From Dictyoglomus sp. NZ13-RE01 (GTDB taxonomy: Bacteria; Dictyoglomota; Dictyoglomia; Dictyoglomales; Dictyoglomaceae): a stretch of DNA of 64,000 bases. The position numbers and the translations under genes were made by a program. Every line of letters begins with the position of its first letter. Position 1 is the stretch's first letter. This document shows positions 19,281 to 30,439 of this stretch, in pieces. The notes under the pieces were generated by a model. The model made no database searches. It was not told where the DNA came from and was given only the letters and a program-made list of their open reading frames with translations. The DNA is taken from assembly GCA_002878375.1 (NCBI GenBank), contig NIRF01000001.1:235931-299930 (forward strand). Direction: 5' to 3'.

Positions 19281-21665
19281 ATGGACGAACAAGAATTAAA
19301 AAATCTACCCGAAATTCCAGAGATATTGCCTATTTTGCCTCTAAGGGAAACTGTTGTCTACCCCCAAATGTTAATTCCGTTAGTTGTTGGAAGGGAGAAA
19401 AGCCTAAAGCTTATTGAGGATGCTGCAGCAGGGAATAAAATTATAGGACTTTGCATGCAGAAAACTCCTGTGGAAGAGCCCACTTACGATGATATACATA
19501 GAATAGGAACAGCTGGAATAATAGTAAGAATGTTAAGATTTCCAGACAATACTATAAGACTATTTGTCCAAGGTTTACAAAGAATAAAAATAGAAGAGTT
19601 TATACAGAGTGAGCCATACTTCAAAGCTAAAGTCTCTCTTATAAAAGAAACCTACGAAAAAACTATAGAAATAGAGGGAGCAATGAGAAATATTATCTCC
19701 CTCTTCCAAAGAATGGCATCCCTAATACCTCAATTCCCAGAAGAGCTTTTAATTAATGCAATGAACATTCAGGATCCAGGAAGATTAGCAGACTTCATTG
19801 CCTTTAATCTAAACATTAATGTAAATGAAAAGCAAGAAATTTTAGAAACCATAGATATTAAGGAGAGACTTCAAAAAGTTACCTTCTATCTCAATAGAGA
19901 AATAGAAATATTAGAAATAGCAAATAAAATTCAAAATGATGTTAAGAACGAGATAGAGAAAAGCCAAAGAGAATACTTCTTAAGACAACAAATGAAAGCT
20001 ATACAAAAGGAGTTAGGAGAAATTGATCCTCGTGAAATGGAGGTAAATGAACTAAGACAAAAATTACAAGAGGCAAAACTACCTCCAGAAGCAATGAAAG
20101 AGGCAGAAAGGGAATTAGAAAGACTTGCCCAGATGCCCCCAGGATCTGCCGAATACACTGTAACAAGAACTTACTTGGATTGGATGATTTCTCTACCTTG
20201 GAGTAAGAGTACTGTAGATAATTTAGATATACAAAAGGCGAAAGAAGTATTGGATGAAGATCATTATGATTTAGAAAAAGTAAAGGAAAGAATATTAGAA
20301 TACTTAGCGGTGAGAAAATTAAAAGAGGATATGAAAGGACCTATTCTTTGCTTTGTAGGACCCCCAGGAGTTGGTAAAACATCCTTAGGTAAATCTATAG
20401 CAAGAGCCTTAGGAAGAAAATTTGTAAGGATATCCTTAGGTGGAATAAGAGATGAGGCAGAGATAAGAGGTCATAGAAGAACATACGTTGGAGCATTACC
20501 AGGTAGAATAATACAAGGAATGAGAAAGGCGGAGTCAAACAATCCTGTATTTATGCTTGATGAAATTGACAAAATTGGTACAGACTTTAGAGGAGATCCT
20601 GCAGCAGCATTATTAGAAGTTTTAGATCCCGAACAGAATAATAGCTTTGTAGATAATTACTTAGGAGTTCCCTTTGATCTTTCTAAGGTAATGTTTATAG
20701 CAACTGCAAATGTGCTTTATACAATTCCTCCAGCTCTTTTAGATAGAATGGAGATCTTGGAGCTTCCAGGATATACTGAAATAGAAAAGATTGGAATTGC
20801 AAAGGGATTCCTTATCCCAAGACAATTAAAAGAACATGGTCTAAGTGAGGAACAACTTAGTTTTGAGGAAGATGCTATTAGAAAGATTATAAGAGAATAT
20901 ACAAGAGAAGCAGGGGTAAGAAACTTAGAGAGAGAAATAGCATCAATATGTAGAAAGGTTGCAAAAGGATATGCAGAGGGGAGTATTACTGAGAAAGTAG
21001 TTATTACTGAAGAGGAGATTCCTAAATATTTAGGTGTCCCAAAATATACATATGGCATGAAGGGAGAAAAAGACGAAATAGGAGTTGCTACAGGTTTAGC
21101 ATGGACTGAAGCTGGAGGAGACATCTTATTTGTAGAAGCATTGGTAGTTGAAGGAAGAGGTAATTTAATATTGACAGGTAAATTAGGAGAAGTAATGCAG
21201 GAGTCTGCCAAAGCGGCACTTTCTTATGTTAGATCAAAGGCAAAAGAGTTAAATATCAACTACGAAATCTTTGAAAAGTCAGATATACATATTCATGTGC
21301 CATCTGGTGCCATACCTAAGGATGGTCCATCCGCAGGAGTAACCATTGCAACTGCCCTTGCATCTGCTCTTACTAAAAGACCTGTCAAGAAAGATATTGG
21401 AATGACTGGTGAGATCACATTGAGAGGTAAAGTTCTTCCTGTAGGAGGAATTAGGGAGAAAGTTTTAGCAGCACATAGAGCAGGACTTTCCGCAGTAATT
21501 ATGCCTAAAGAAAATGAGAAGGACTTAGAAGAGATTCCAGAAATAGTAAGGAAAGAATTGAAGTTTTACTTTGTAGAGCATGCGGACGAGGTTTTAAATC
21601 TTGCCCTTTTGGAGGTGAAGGCGAGTGATACTGAAAGAAAGCCTGAGGAGGTTAGGGGATCTTAA
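19281..21665 (+). CDS. lon: ATP-dependent Lon protease (LonA)
   Basis: LON N-domain, Walker [10 protein letters not shown], protease Ser context PKDGPSAG and Lys context GGIREK. ATG 19281 follows AAGGAGG. The track start 19188 overlaps hsp20 and is rejected. Confidence 0.97.
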   Translation: MDEQELKNLPEIPEILPILPLRETVVYPQMLIPLVVGREKSLKLIEDAAAGNKIIGLCMQKTPVEEPTYDDIHRIGTAGIIVRMLRFPDNTIRLFVQGLQRIKIEEFIQSEPYFKAKVSLIKETYEKTIEIEGAMRNIISLFQRMASLIPQFPEELLINAMNIQDPGRLADFIAFNLNINVNEKQEILETIDIKERLQKVTFYLNREIEILEIANKIQNDVKNEIEKSQREYFLRQQMKAIQKELGEIDPREMEVNELRQKLQEAKLPPEAMKEAERELERLAQMPPGSAEYTVTRTYLDWMISLPWSKSTVDNLDIQKAKEVLDEDHYDLEKVKERILEYLAVRKLKEDMKGPILCFVGPPGVGKTSLGKSIARALGRKFVRISLGGIRDEAEIRGHRRTYVGALPGRIIQGMRKAESNNPVFMLDEIDKIGTDFRGDPAAALLEVLDPEQNNSFVDNYLGVPFDLSKVMFIATANVLYTIPPALLDRMEILELPGYTEIEKIGIAKGFLIPRQLKEHGLSEEQLSFEEDAIRKIIREYTREAGVRNLEREIASICRKVAKGYAEGSITEKVVITEEEIPKYLGVPKYTYGMKGEKDEIGVATGLAWTEAGGDILFVEALVVEGRGNLILTGKLGEVMQESAKAALSYVRSKAKELNINYEIFEKSDIHIHVPSGAIPKDGPSAGVTIATALASALTKRPVKKDIGMTGEITLRGKVLPVGGIREKVLAAHRAGLSAVIMPKENEKDLEEIPEIVRKELKFYFVEHADEVLNLALLEVKASDTERKPEEVRGS

Positions 21666-22728
21666 CTTTAGCCCCTACCTCATAACTTCCCTTTATCTAA
21701 ATATTTCACCTTTGGATTATCCGAAAGGTGAGTATAGGTTGATCTGGAAAAATTTTCAGAAGGAGATTGAAAAATACAACACAGAAGATAGAGATATAAA
21801 AATGTCTCTTCTTGGTGATGCGGAAAGAATATCACAATTTCTTGATCAGGAAATTACAACTCATGCAAATACTTTAGTATTTTTCTCCTGTAGTAGCAAA
21901 GATTGGTTTGAAGTTTATCCTTTGTATCCAAAATTAAAGTCAAAATTAGTTATAGATAAGGATCCATATACAAAACCTATTGCAAGGCTTCTTGCCTCCC
22001 AAAACCCATATTTAATATTACTTGTATCAAAAGATAAGGCACGAATATTTACATACTATTTAGGAGAGTTAAGCGAGGAAGAAGATGTAAGCACAGAAAT
22101 TCCAAAAAAACACAAACAGGGAGGATGGTCTGCAGCTACATGGCAGAGATGGCATGAAACTCATGTTACATGGCATCTTAAAGATGTTGTTGAACATACT
22201 TTAAAAATTGTTGACGATAAAAAAATAATTCTTGGAGGAACTCTTCCTACTATAGCAGAATTTAAAGATCTATTACCCAAATCACTATCAGAAAAGGTAG
22301 TTGGGGAATTTACTGTAGAATTTGAAGCACCAATAAAAGAGGTATTAGAAAAAGCGGAAGAATTTATAGATAATTATGAGAAAAGAACAACTGAAGAATT
22401 AGTAGAAAGAATATATACTAATACGAAGAAAGGGAAAGAATCAACTTTTGGTTTAGACGAAGTCGCATATATGGTTTATCAAAATAGAGTACATACTTTA
22501 TTAGTAAGCGAAAATTTTGAGAAACCTGGTTATCAATGCCCTAAATGTTCCTTTATAAGCTCATACTTAGAAATTTGTTCATTTTGCAATGTTCCTATGG
22601 AAAAAAGAGCGGACATAGTAGATGAAACCATAGAGATGGCTATCAACAAAGATGCAAGATTAATATTCATAAAGGATCAAGAGTTAGGAAAGAAAATTGA
22701 AAATATAGGTGCTTTATTGAGGTTTTAA
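21625..22728 (+). CDS. Archaeo-eukaryotic release factor (eRF1/Pelota/Vms1-type) family protein, GGQ loop replaced by GGW, with a C-terminal-domain zinc ribbon
   Basis: 367 aa. [20 protein letters not shown] closely parallels the eRF1 GGQ loop KKHGRGGQSALRFARL. The eRF1 domain-3-like block is [27 protein letters not shown]-x12-CSFC forms the zinc ribbon. The GTG start is 9 nt after GGAGG (21611-21615) and overlaps the lon 3' end by 41 nt. Confidence 0.75.
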   Translation: MILKESLRRLGDLNFSPYLITSLYLNISPLDYPKGEYRLIWKNFQKEIEKYNTEDRDIKMSLLGDAERISQFLDQEITTHANTLVFFSCSSKDWFEVYPLYPKLKSKLVIDKDPYTKPIARLLASQNPYLILLVSKDKARIFTYYLGELSEEEDVSTEIPKKHKQGGWSAATWQRWHETHVTWHLKDVVEHTLKIVDDKKIILGGTLPTIAEFKDLLPKSLSEKVVGEFTVEFEAPIKEVLEKAEEFIDNYEKRTTEELVERIYTNTKKGKESTFGLDEVAYMVYQNRVHTLLVSENFEKPGYQCPKCSFISSYLEICSFCNVPMEKRADIVDETIEMAINKDARLIFIKDQELGKKIENIGALLRF

Positions 22729-22756
22729 AAAAAGGGGGCAAAAATGCCCCCTTTTT

Positions 22757-22758
<2 letters not shown>
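22727..22758. terminator. Bidirectional intrinsic terminator
   Basis: A-run, stem GGGGGCA (22734-22740), loop AAAA, stem TGCCCCC (22745-22751), then T7 (22752-22758). It lies between the convergent aeRF1-like gene and gap. Confidence 0.85.
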
Positions 22759-23788
<1,030 letters not shown>

Positions 23789-23857
23789 TTATTTAATTAT
23801 TTTACAAACTTGATTATATCACAAATATATTCTACTTTTATTAAAAAAGTTTTAAAA

Positions 23858-26284
23858 TTATACATAAAAACTTAATAATTTACCTGGCACAAAGACTATC
23901 TTTTTTGGATTTTTATCACTTAGATATTTTTTAACATTCTCCCTCTGCATCGCTAACCTTACAGCAGTATCCTCGTCTATATCAGCAGGCACTTCAATTC
24001 TATCTCTTACTTTTCCATTTATCTGTATTACTAAAGTTACAACATCCTCTTTAATTAATTCTGGATCATAATTCGGCCATGATTGCATGTGTATTGAATA
24101 TTGATAACCTAATTCTTGCCATAATTCTTCAGTTATATGAGGGACAAAAGGAGAGAGTAAAAGCAATACATTCTTTATACCTTCATTAAAAATTTTTGTT
24201 CTTCCATACTTTCTTTTATATTCTGTTAATGCATTAGTAAATTCCATAATCATTGCTATGGCTGTATTGAATTTGAAATTTTCAATATCTTCTGTTACCT
24301 TCTTAATAGTCTTATGAAGCATTCTCAATATTTTTTTATCTTCCTCAGAGTCTTGCTCTTTTGGTTCCTCCTCTTCTAAAGCTAACCTCCAAAGTCTATT
24401 CAAAAACCTATTTGCTCCTTCTACCCCCTCATCACTCCACTCCATATCGACTTCAGGAGGTGCTACAAAAAGAATAAATAATCTTGCAGTATCAGCCCCA
24501 TAATTTTCAACCATATAATCAACAGATACAATATTCCCTAAGGATTTTGACATGATCTGTCCATCCTTGTATACCATTCCTTGTGTGAACAATCTTTTGA
24601 AAGGCTCCCTCACAGGACTATATCCTGCATCATAGAGCACTTTTGTTATAAATCTTGAATAGAGTAAATGTAGTATTGCATGCTCAATTCCACCTGTATA
24701 TTGATCAACAGGAAGCCAATACTCCGCTTTCTCTCTTGAGAAGGGTTCTTTATCATTATGAGGATCTGTATATCGGAAATAATACCAAGAAGAATCTACA
24801 AAGGTGGCAAGAGTATCTGTTTCTCTTCTTGCAGGTCCTCCACACTTTGGACATTTTGTATTAACAAATTCTGGCACTTTAGCTAATGGACTTTCTCCTG
24901 TACCTGTCGGCTGAAAATCATTTAAATCAGGAAGTAAAACAGGAAGATCCTCATATGGTACTGGGACTATGCCACAATTTGGGCAGTAGATGATAGGTAT
25001 TGGAGCCCCCCAATATCTCTGTCTTGAGATCAACCAATCTCTTAATCTATACTGTACTTTTCTTTTGCCTAAACCAAGTTTTTCAAACTTTTCTATAATT
25101 AAATTCCAAAATTCTTTGCTATTTAAACCATTATATTCACCAGAATTTATCATAATACCTTCCCCTTCATAGGGAAGCTCAGGTTCTTCACCATTTTCTA
25201 AAGCAATAACCGTTTTTATAGGAAGATTAAACTCTTTTGCAAATTCAAAATCTCTTGAGTCATGGGCAGGAACTGCCATTATTGCTCCTGTCCCATAACC
25301 ACCAAGTACATAATCCGCCACATATATTGGAACTAATTCTTCTGTAAGAGGATGAATGGCATAACTTCCTGTGAATACTCCTGTTTTCTTTTTCTCTAAG
25401 GTTCTTTCAAGTTCGCTTTTATTTTTTGCTCTTGTAACATACTCCCTTACTTTATCCAAATACTCTGGCTTAGTTAACTTTTCCACTAAAGGATGTTCTG
25501 GAGCCAAAACCACAAAAGTAATACCAAAAATAGTATCAGGTCTTGTAGTAAAGACAAAAATCTTCTCATTAGAATCTTTAACTTTAAAATAAAATTCAAG
25601 ACCCTCGGATCTACCTATCCAGTTTTTCTGCATCAACTTAACTTTTTCTGGCCAATACTCTAAGGTATCAAGATCCTTTAGTAAATCTTCTGCATATTCT
25701 GTGATCTTAAAGAACCATTGTTCAAATTCTCTCTTTTCAACCTCTGATTTACATCTCCAACATTTACCATCAATAACTTCTTCATTTGCAAGCACTGTTT
25801 TACATGTAGGACACCAATTAGCAGGAGCCTTCTTCCTATAAGCAAGTCCTCTCTCATAAAGCTTTAAAAATATCCATTGGGTCCATTTATAGTAATCAGG
25901 AGAACAGGCTGTGACTTCCCTATCCCAGTCATAGACAACTCCCATCTTAAAGAGTTGTTCTTTCATCCTTGCAATATTTCTATAGGTCCAATCTTTTGGA
26001 TGGACACCATGTTTAATAGCTGCATTTTCTGCAGGTTGTCCAAAGGCATCCCATCCCATAGGATTTAAAACGTTATAACCTCTCATAGTATAGTATCTTG
26101 CTATCACATCTCCAATGGTATAATTTCTCATATGTCCCATATGAAGATCGCCAGATGGATAAGGAAACATAACTAAGGTATAATATTTTGGCTTGTCCTT
26201 AACCTCAGTTACATAATATAATCTATCACTTTGCCATTTCTTCTGCCACTTTGGTTCTATCTCCTGAGGATTATATTTTTTCAT
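23858..26284 (-). CDS. leuS: Leucyl-tRNA synthetase
   Basis: The HIGH motif appears as HMGH, the KMSKS motif as IMSKS, plus a CP1 editing-domain insert and zinc-binding CxxC pairs. Confidence 0.97.
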   Translation of the reverse strand: MKKYNPQEIEPKWQKKWQSDRLYYVTEVKDKPKYYTLVMFPYPSGDLHMGHMRNYTIGDVIARYYTMRGYNVLNPMGWDAFGQPAENAAIKHGVHPKDWTYRNIARMKEQLFKMGVVYDWDREVTACSPDYYKWTQWIFLKLYERGLAYRKKAPANWCPTCKTVLANEEVIDGKCWRCKSEVEKREFEQWFFKITEYAEDLLKDLDTLEYWPEKVKLMQKNWIGRSEGLEFYFKVKDSNEKIFVFTTRPDTIFGITFVVLAPEHPLVEKLTKPEYLDKVREYVTRAKNKSELERTLEKKKTGVFTGSYAIHPLTEELVPIYVADYVLGGYGTGAIMAVPAHDSRDFEFAKEFNLPIKTVIALENGEEPELPYEGEGIMINSGEYNGLNSKEFWNLIIEKFEKLGLGKRKVQYRLRDWLISRQRYWGAPIPIIYCPNCGIVPVPYEDLPVLLPDLNDFQPTGTGESPLAKVPEFVNTKCPKCGGPARRETDTLATFVDSSWYYFRYTDPHNDKEPFSREKAEYWLPVDQYTGGIEHAILHLLYSRFITKVLYDAGYSPVREPFKRLFTQGMVYKDGQIMSKSLGNIVSVDYMVENYGADTARLFILFVAPPEVDMEWSDEGVEGANRFLNRLWRLALEEEEPKEQDSEEDKKILRMLHKTIKKVTEDIENFKFNTAIAMIMEFTNALTEYKRKYGRTKIFNEGIKNVLLLLSPFVPHITEELWQELGYQYSIHMQSWPNYDPELIKEDVVTLVIQINGKVRDRIEVPADIDEDTAVRLAMQRENVKKYLSDKNPKKIVFVPGKLLSFYV

Positions 26285-26360
26285 ATCTCTCCCTCTCTTC
26301 TCTTTACAAATTTTGTAATATATTGTGTATTATATAAAAGTAGAGAAGAAAGGTAAAGTA

Positions 26361-29141
26361 TTAAAAGCCTTCTCCAACCCCAATCGTTAGATAGTAATTG
26401 CCATTTTCATTTGGATTTTTCAGCCCTTGATATACTGGAAAGGCATATCCTATATTCAAGGAAATAGGTAAATCAAGAAAAGTTGTGAAATTGTAACTAA
26501 GCTCAAAACCTAAACCTAATTTCAATCCCTTTTCATCTATCTTATCCTGTGTATTCCAAACTCCTCCCAACTCAGAAAACACTTTAAAATTCAAAGACCT
26601 AAAAATGAATAGGTTAAGAATTTTCATCTCTTGTTCTCTAATAATTGGTAAACTCCAAGTTGTTTTCAAAGTCCACTTAAAATTGCCAGTGTACTTATCT
26701 TTTAAAGACATCCAATCACTTAGATCAAAAATTTCATCTTCCGGAGAATTTACCGATGTATATCCTAATTTATTACTCACACTTAAATAGCTATGAGGAA
26801 AGACTAAGAAGAACTTATTTAAGGACCACTCAACCTTAATAAAGTTTTCTTGCTGGAAAGGGATAGAAGTTCTTATATGAAAATCATTTTGCATTGCTAA
26901 AGAATAATAGTCGTTAAGCTTAGAAATATTAACATCAAAATAGCCATAATTGATATATCCTAAGGTTAGTCTTAGTTGATAAGCAGGTTGCCACAAGTTT
27001 CCACTAACGCCAAGATCAAACTTCTGCCAGAAGTTTTTTGTTAATGAGGCTTCTCCTGCAAAATAGTTTGGATATATCCAGAGTAGTGAGAATGAAAAAT
27101 TATCATTTCTTGGTAGATATCTAACAAATTGGAAGAAAGTTCCTTGATATGTTTCTTCTTTATCCTGCAAATAAAAGCTCTCAAGACTCCACTTATGATC
27201 AATAGGATCGTACCCTTCTATATGATAGGAAAGGTATGATATCTGCCCTGTTGTAAGATCAATGAAAAATGATGGAATTAAATCATAGTATATGACATAT
27301 GCATCTAATGGTATTACTCTTTTTGATGTATAAATAATTTTTCTGGGCATTGAATTATTTAGTCTATTAATATCGGGGATTTTTGAATCAGGATCTAATA
27401 AAACCCTTACAACCTTTGATTTTGTTTGATAATTCAAATTCACATCCTTTTCATTTCCATAGTAGATATCCTTTACTTCTTCTCCATTCTCCAAAACAAG
27501 TAAAATCTCTACAGGAAGTATCCCCTCCCCTTCCCTTCTTATATGAATCTTTGTATTCCAGCCATCTAATGTGGGATAACTTGAAAAATCTAATACCTGC
27601 CAATCAATGGTAGCTGTAGAATAAAACCAGGTATTGAAAAATCCTGAGAAGTCTTTATGAGTAACCTCCTCCAAGATACTTTCAAAATCTTTTGTAGTTG
27701 CTAATTTCCCTTTATAACGTTCAAAGAATAATTTTAGCACATTATTAAATTTTTCCTCGCCTATTTCAAAAGCTAATGCCCTTAGTAAAAGATATGCCTT
27801 TCCATAAACTTTTGTTTCGTAACCATTATAGATACTATTCCAGTAATCTTTTACTATAGGTTCATCCCATTTATCCTTAACAGATAGTAAATAGGGAAGT
27901 TCTACTTGACTTTCCCTTAAGTTCCACTCCCCTAAAACATTATCCTTTAAATACTCCAAAAAGTAATCATCCCCTAAATCAGGAATAAGGTTTCCACCCT
28001 TTGATCCATATTTCTCCTCAAAATAATATATAGAGGAATACTGAGCAAAAGCTTCAGAAAGCCAATTCTCAGCATCAAAATCTGCTCCAACCCCAATTCC
28101 CCACCATAGATGGGCGATCTCATGAGCTAATAACCATTCATTTATTCTTTCTAATAAAAAGGGTGTAAATAAGTCTGATGAGTAAAAAATGCTATTTCCA
28201 AGAATAATTAATCCATCCGCTGTCATCCCCCAATATCCTTCAATCTGACCTTCTACAATTACAACTCTTTTATGACCTGATGGACCATATAGAGAAATAT
28301 ATTTATCCATTATCTCCCGGGCATAGGTTGCCAGAATTCTTGCCTTATACTCCCTTCCTGGATAGAAATATACTAATATTTCAGGATCTCTTTGAGATGG
28401 AAACTTATAAACTTGATAATTAGGACTTATTGCAATAGGCAAAGATCTTCTCGGACCATAATTTATACCTACTACTTTTTTCCATGAATCATCCGTAATC
28501 TCCTCTTTTTGTTCATCAACACCTAAAGCAACCTTATAATTCTTAGGAACCAAAAGTTCCACGCTAAAGTTGCAGGAAACAAGTCTTCCTCCTTTATCCC
28601 ATTCCCCATCGCTAAAGTAAAGTTCTTGTGGAAACCAACCAAATCTCCAAACAAAGGAATCTTTTGCAAAGGAATTATCCCCAAAATATGCTCTTGGGAA
28701 TTTTGTGGAAAAGAGGATCTTTAGAGTAAAAGATTTTCCAGGTAAAAGTGGGTATGGAAGTATTACTTTAAGATAGTTGTCTTCCAATGAGTAATTGGAG
28801 AATAAAATTTTACCTTTCTCATAGCTATAATTTAGAGGAATTCCATCTTTATCAAAAACATTTTTTACCTCCGTATAGCCTGGGTCAAAACCTCCAACAT
28901 AATTAGGGTCCTGTAATACAGGGTTAATGTGTGGATTTTTCTCTTTTAAAAGATTCGCAGGAAGATAGAAATATATCTCCTTTAACTCTTGCGAAGTATT
29001 ATTGTAATAATCTACCTCTACATATCCACTAATTAAATAACTTTGAGGATTAAGCTGAGCAAATATCCTATAATTGGAAACCTGGGCATAAGCAGGTACA
29101 ATAAGAAAGATGAAAAAGATTATATAAACTAATTTTTTCAT
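26361..29141 (-). CDS. Secreted M1-family (gluzincin) peptidase domain fused to a C-terminal Omp85/BamA-like beta-barrel
   Basis: Signal peptide MKKLVYIIFFIFLIVPAYAQ. HEIAH (nt 28110-28124) with Glu exactly 18 residues later (WLSEAF) gives HEXXH-X18-E. The C-terminal roughly 300 aa is beta-strand-patterned: FSELGGVWN...GLKLGLGFELSY...ISLNIGYAFPV...YYLTIGVGEGF, ending in Phe like BamA/TpsB barrels. Confidence 0.7.
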   Translation of the reverse strand: MKKLVYIIFFIFLIVPAYAQVSNYRIFAQLNPQSYLISGYVEVDYYNNTSQELKEIYFYLPANLLKEKNPHINPVLQDPNYVGGFDPGYTEVKNVFDKDGIPLNYSYEKGKILFSNYSLEDNYLKVILPYPLLPGKSFTLKILFSTKFPRAYFGDNSFAKDSFVWRFGWFPQELYFSDGEWDKGGRLVSCNFSVELLVPKNYKVALGVDEQKEEITDDSWKKVVGINYGPRRSLPIAISPNYQVYKFPSQRDPEILVYFYPGREYKARILATYAREIMDKYISLYGPSGHKRVVIVEGQIEGYWGMTADGLIILGNSIFYSSDLFTPFLLERINEWLLAHEIAHLWWGIGVGADFDAENWLSEAFAQYSSIYYFEEKYGSKGGNLIPDLGDDYFLEYLKDNVLGEWNLRESQVELPYLLSVKDKWDEPIVKDYWNSIYNGYETKVYGKAYLLLRALAFEIGEEKFNNVLKLFFERYKGKLATTKDFESILEEVTHKDFSGFFNTWFYSTATIDWQVLDFSSYPTLDGWNTKIHIRREGEGILPVEILLVLENGEEVKDIYYGNEKDVNLNYQTKSKVVRVLLDPDSKIPDINRLNNSMPRKIIYTSKRVIPLDAYVIYYDLIPSFFIDLTTGQISYLSYHIEGYDPIDHKWSLESFYLQDKEETYQGTFFQFVRYLPRNDNFSFSLLWIYPNYFAGEASLTKNFWQKFDLGVSGNLWQPAYQLRLTLGYINYGYFDVNISKLNDYYSLAMQNDFHIRTSIPFQQENFIKVEWSLNKFFLVFPHSYLSVSNKLGYTSVNSPEDEIFDLSDWMSLKDKYTGNFKWTLKTTWSLPIIREQEMKILNLFIFRSLNFKVFSELGGVWNTQDKIDEKGLKLGLGFELSYNFTTFLDLPISLNIGYAFPVYQGLKNPNENGNYYLTIGVGEGF

Positions 29142-29146
29142 ATCTT

Positions 29147-30439
29147 CTATACTCCTCCTACAGTAGATTTTTTACCCTTAAATCTAAGTTTCATGGTTAA
29201 AATTCTATCTGTAGAGAAGATCTTACTTGCAATTAGTATCAAAATAGCAAAAACAACAAGCATATAAATGATCCCATAATATACAATGGAGTAATTACCA
29301 AGAAGTACATTTTGAGATGCAATAAAAGGATGACTAAAAGGAATTATCCAAACTAATATCTTTAGAGGAAGAGATAAAGAGTTTATATCCGAGAACAAAG
29401 AAAGAAAATAAGGAATGATAACGAGGAATGTCAATGGTAAACTGGCACTCTGAGCACTCTTAAGGTCCTCCGCCAGTACTCCTAAAATAGTAGAAAGAGC
29501 TAATGCACATAATATAGCTAAAAACAATGAAATGCCCAATAAAACATAACCTTCGGTGGTGAATTGTAGCCCTAACTTTTGTGCCACCCCCTTTATTTGA
29601 TCACTTACACTAATATCTCCCATAAAACCACCCATATAGAATCTAAATCCAAACATATAAATTCCAGCGGATATTAATCCTACAAGTCCTGCTCCAATCA
29701 TTTTTGCTACAACAATCTGACTTCTACTTATAGGAACAGTAAGAAGGGTTTCTAAGGTTTTGTCCTGTTTCTCCATGGCAATGGCGGAAAGTACCATTTG
29801 AGAAGAATACATTATAACCATCATAAGAATAATTGGTATAAATACTGACTGAGAATAAACAAAACTACTTACAGCCCCTGCTGAACCTTCTGCTACTTTA
29901 TCTTTTACTATTACAAATTCTTTAGTCTTTATAGGATTCTTCAGATTATCTGGGTCAATATCGGGAAACTTTTCTTTTATGAAATTGTCGGATAAATATC
30001 TATTAATTGCTGAAATTACTTCATTTACAATAGAAGAGCTAACAGAAGAACTAAGAGAAAGGCTACGTATAAAAGAATAAGTCTCAATCTCTTTTAACTG
30101 AAATTTTGATATACCTGAGGCAAATCCTTCAGGTATTATTAATAGGAAATCAATTTTATTTTCTTTTGCATAACTTATAGCAGATTCTCTATCCTTTTCC
30201 TTTAATAAATGAATCTTGAAATTGGCAAAGGATAGATTGTTTAAGATATCTTCAGAAAGCTTTGATTTATCCAAATCAAGAACATATATATCTCTAAAAC
30301 TTATTGCCTTCTTTGTCTCCGTTTTTACTAATGAGCCCATAAAATAAAAGAGAGCAATAGTAAAAAGCAGAGAGAAAATTAATTGAGGTGTAATTAACTC
30401 CCTTATCTCTTTTCTTATGAGATTTAAAAACTTTCTCAT
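29147..30439 (-). CDS. ABC-2 type transporter permease (NatB-like) with a large extracytoplasmic loop
   Basis: 430 aa. One N-terminal TM, a soluble loop of about 150 aa, then 5 clustered TM helices. 4-nt overlap with the ATPase gene. Confidence 0.8.
   Translation of the reverse strand: MRKFLNLIRKEIRELITPQLIFSLLFTIALFYFMGSLVKTETKKAISFRDIYVLDLDKSKLSEDILNNLSFANFKIHLLKEKDRESAISYAKENKIDFLLIIPEGFASGISKFQLKEIETYSFIRSLSLSSSVSSSIVNEVISAINRYLSDNFIKEKFPDIDPDNLKNPIKTKEFVIVKDKVAEGSAGAVSSFVYSQSVFIPIILMMVIMYSSQMVLSAIAMEKQDKTLETLLTVPISRSQIVVAKMIGAGLVGLISAGIYMFGFRFYMGGFMGDISVSDQIKGVAQKLGLQFTTEGYVLLGISLFLAILCALALSTILGVLAEDLKSAQSASLPLTFLVIIPYFLSLFSDINSLSLPLKILVWIIPFSHPFIASQNVLLGNYSIVYYGIIYMLVVFAILILIASKIFSTDRILTMKLRFKGKKSTVGGV

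Noticed and set aside
20717-21211. 164-aa minus-strand ORF inside lon, and a 178-aa minus-strand ORF at 32911-33447 inside feoB
   Set aside because: Both are antisense to conserved AAA+/protease and FeoB membrane domains, with no start context. They are shadow ORFs.
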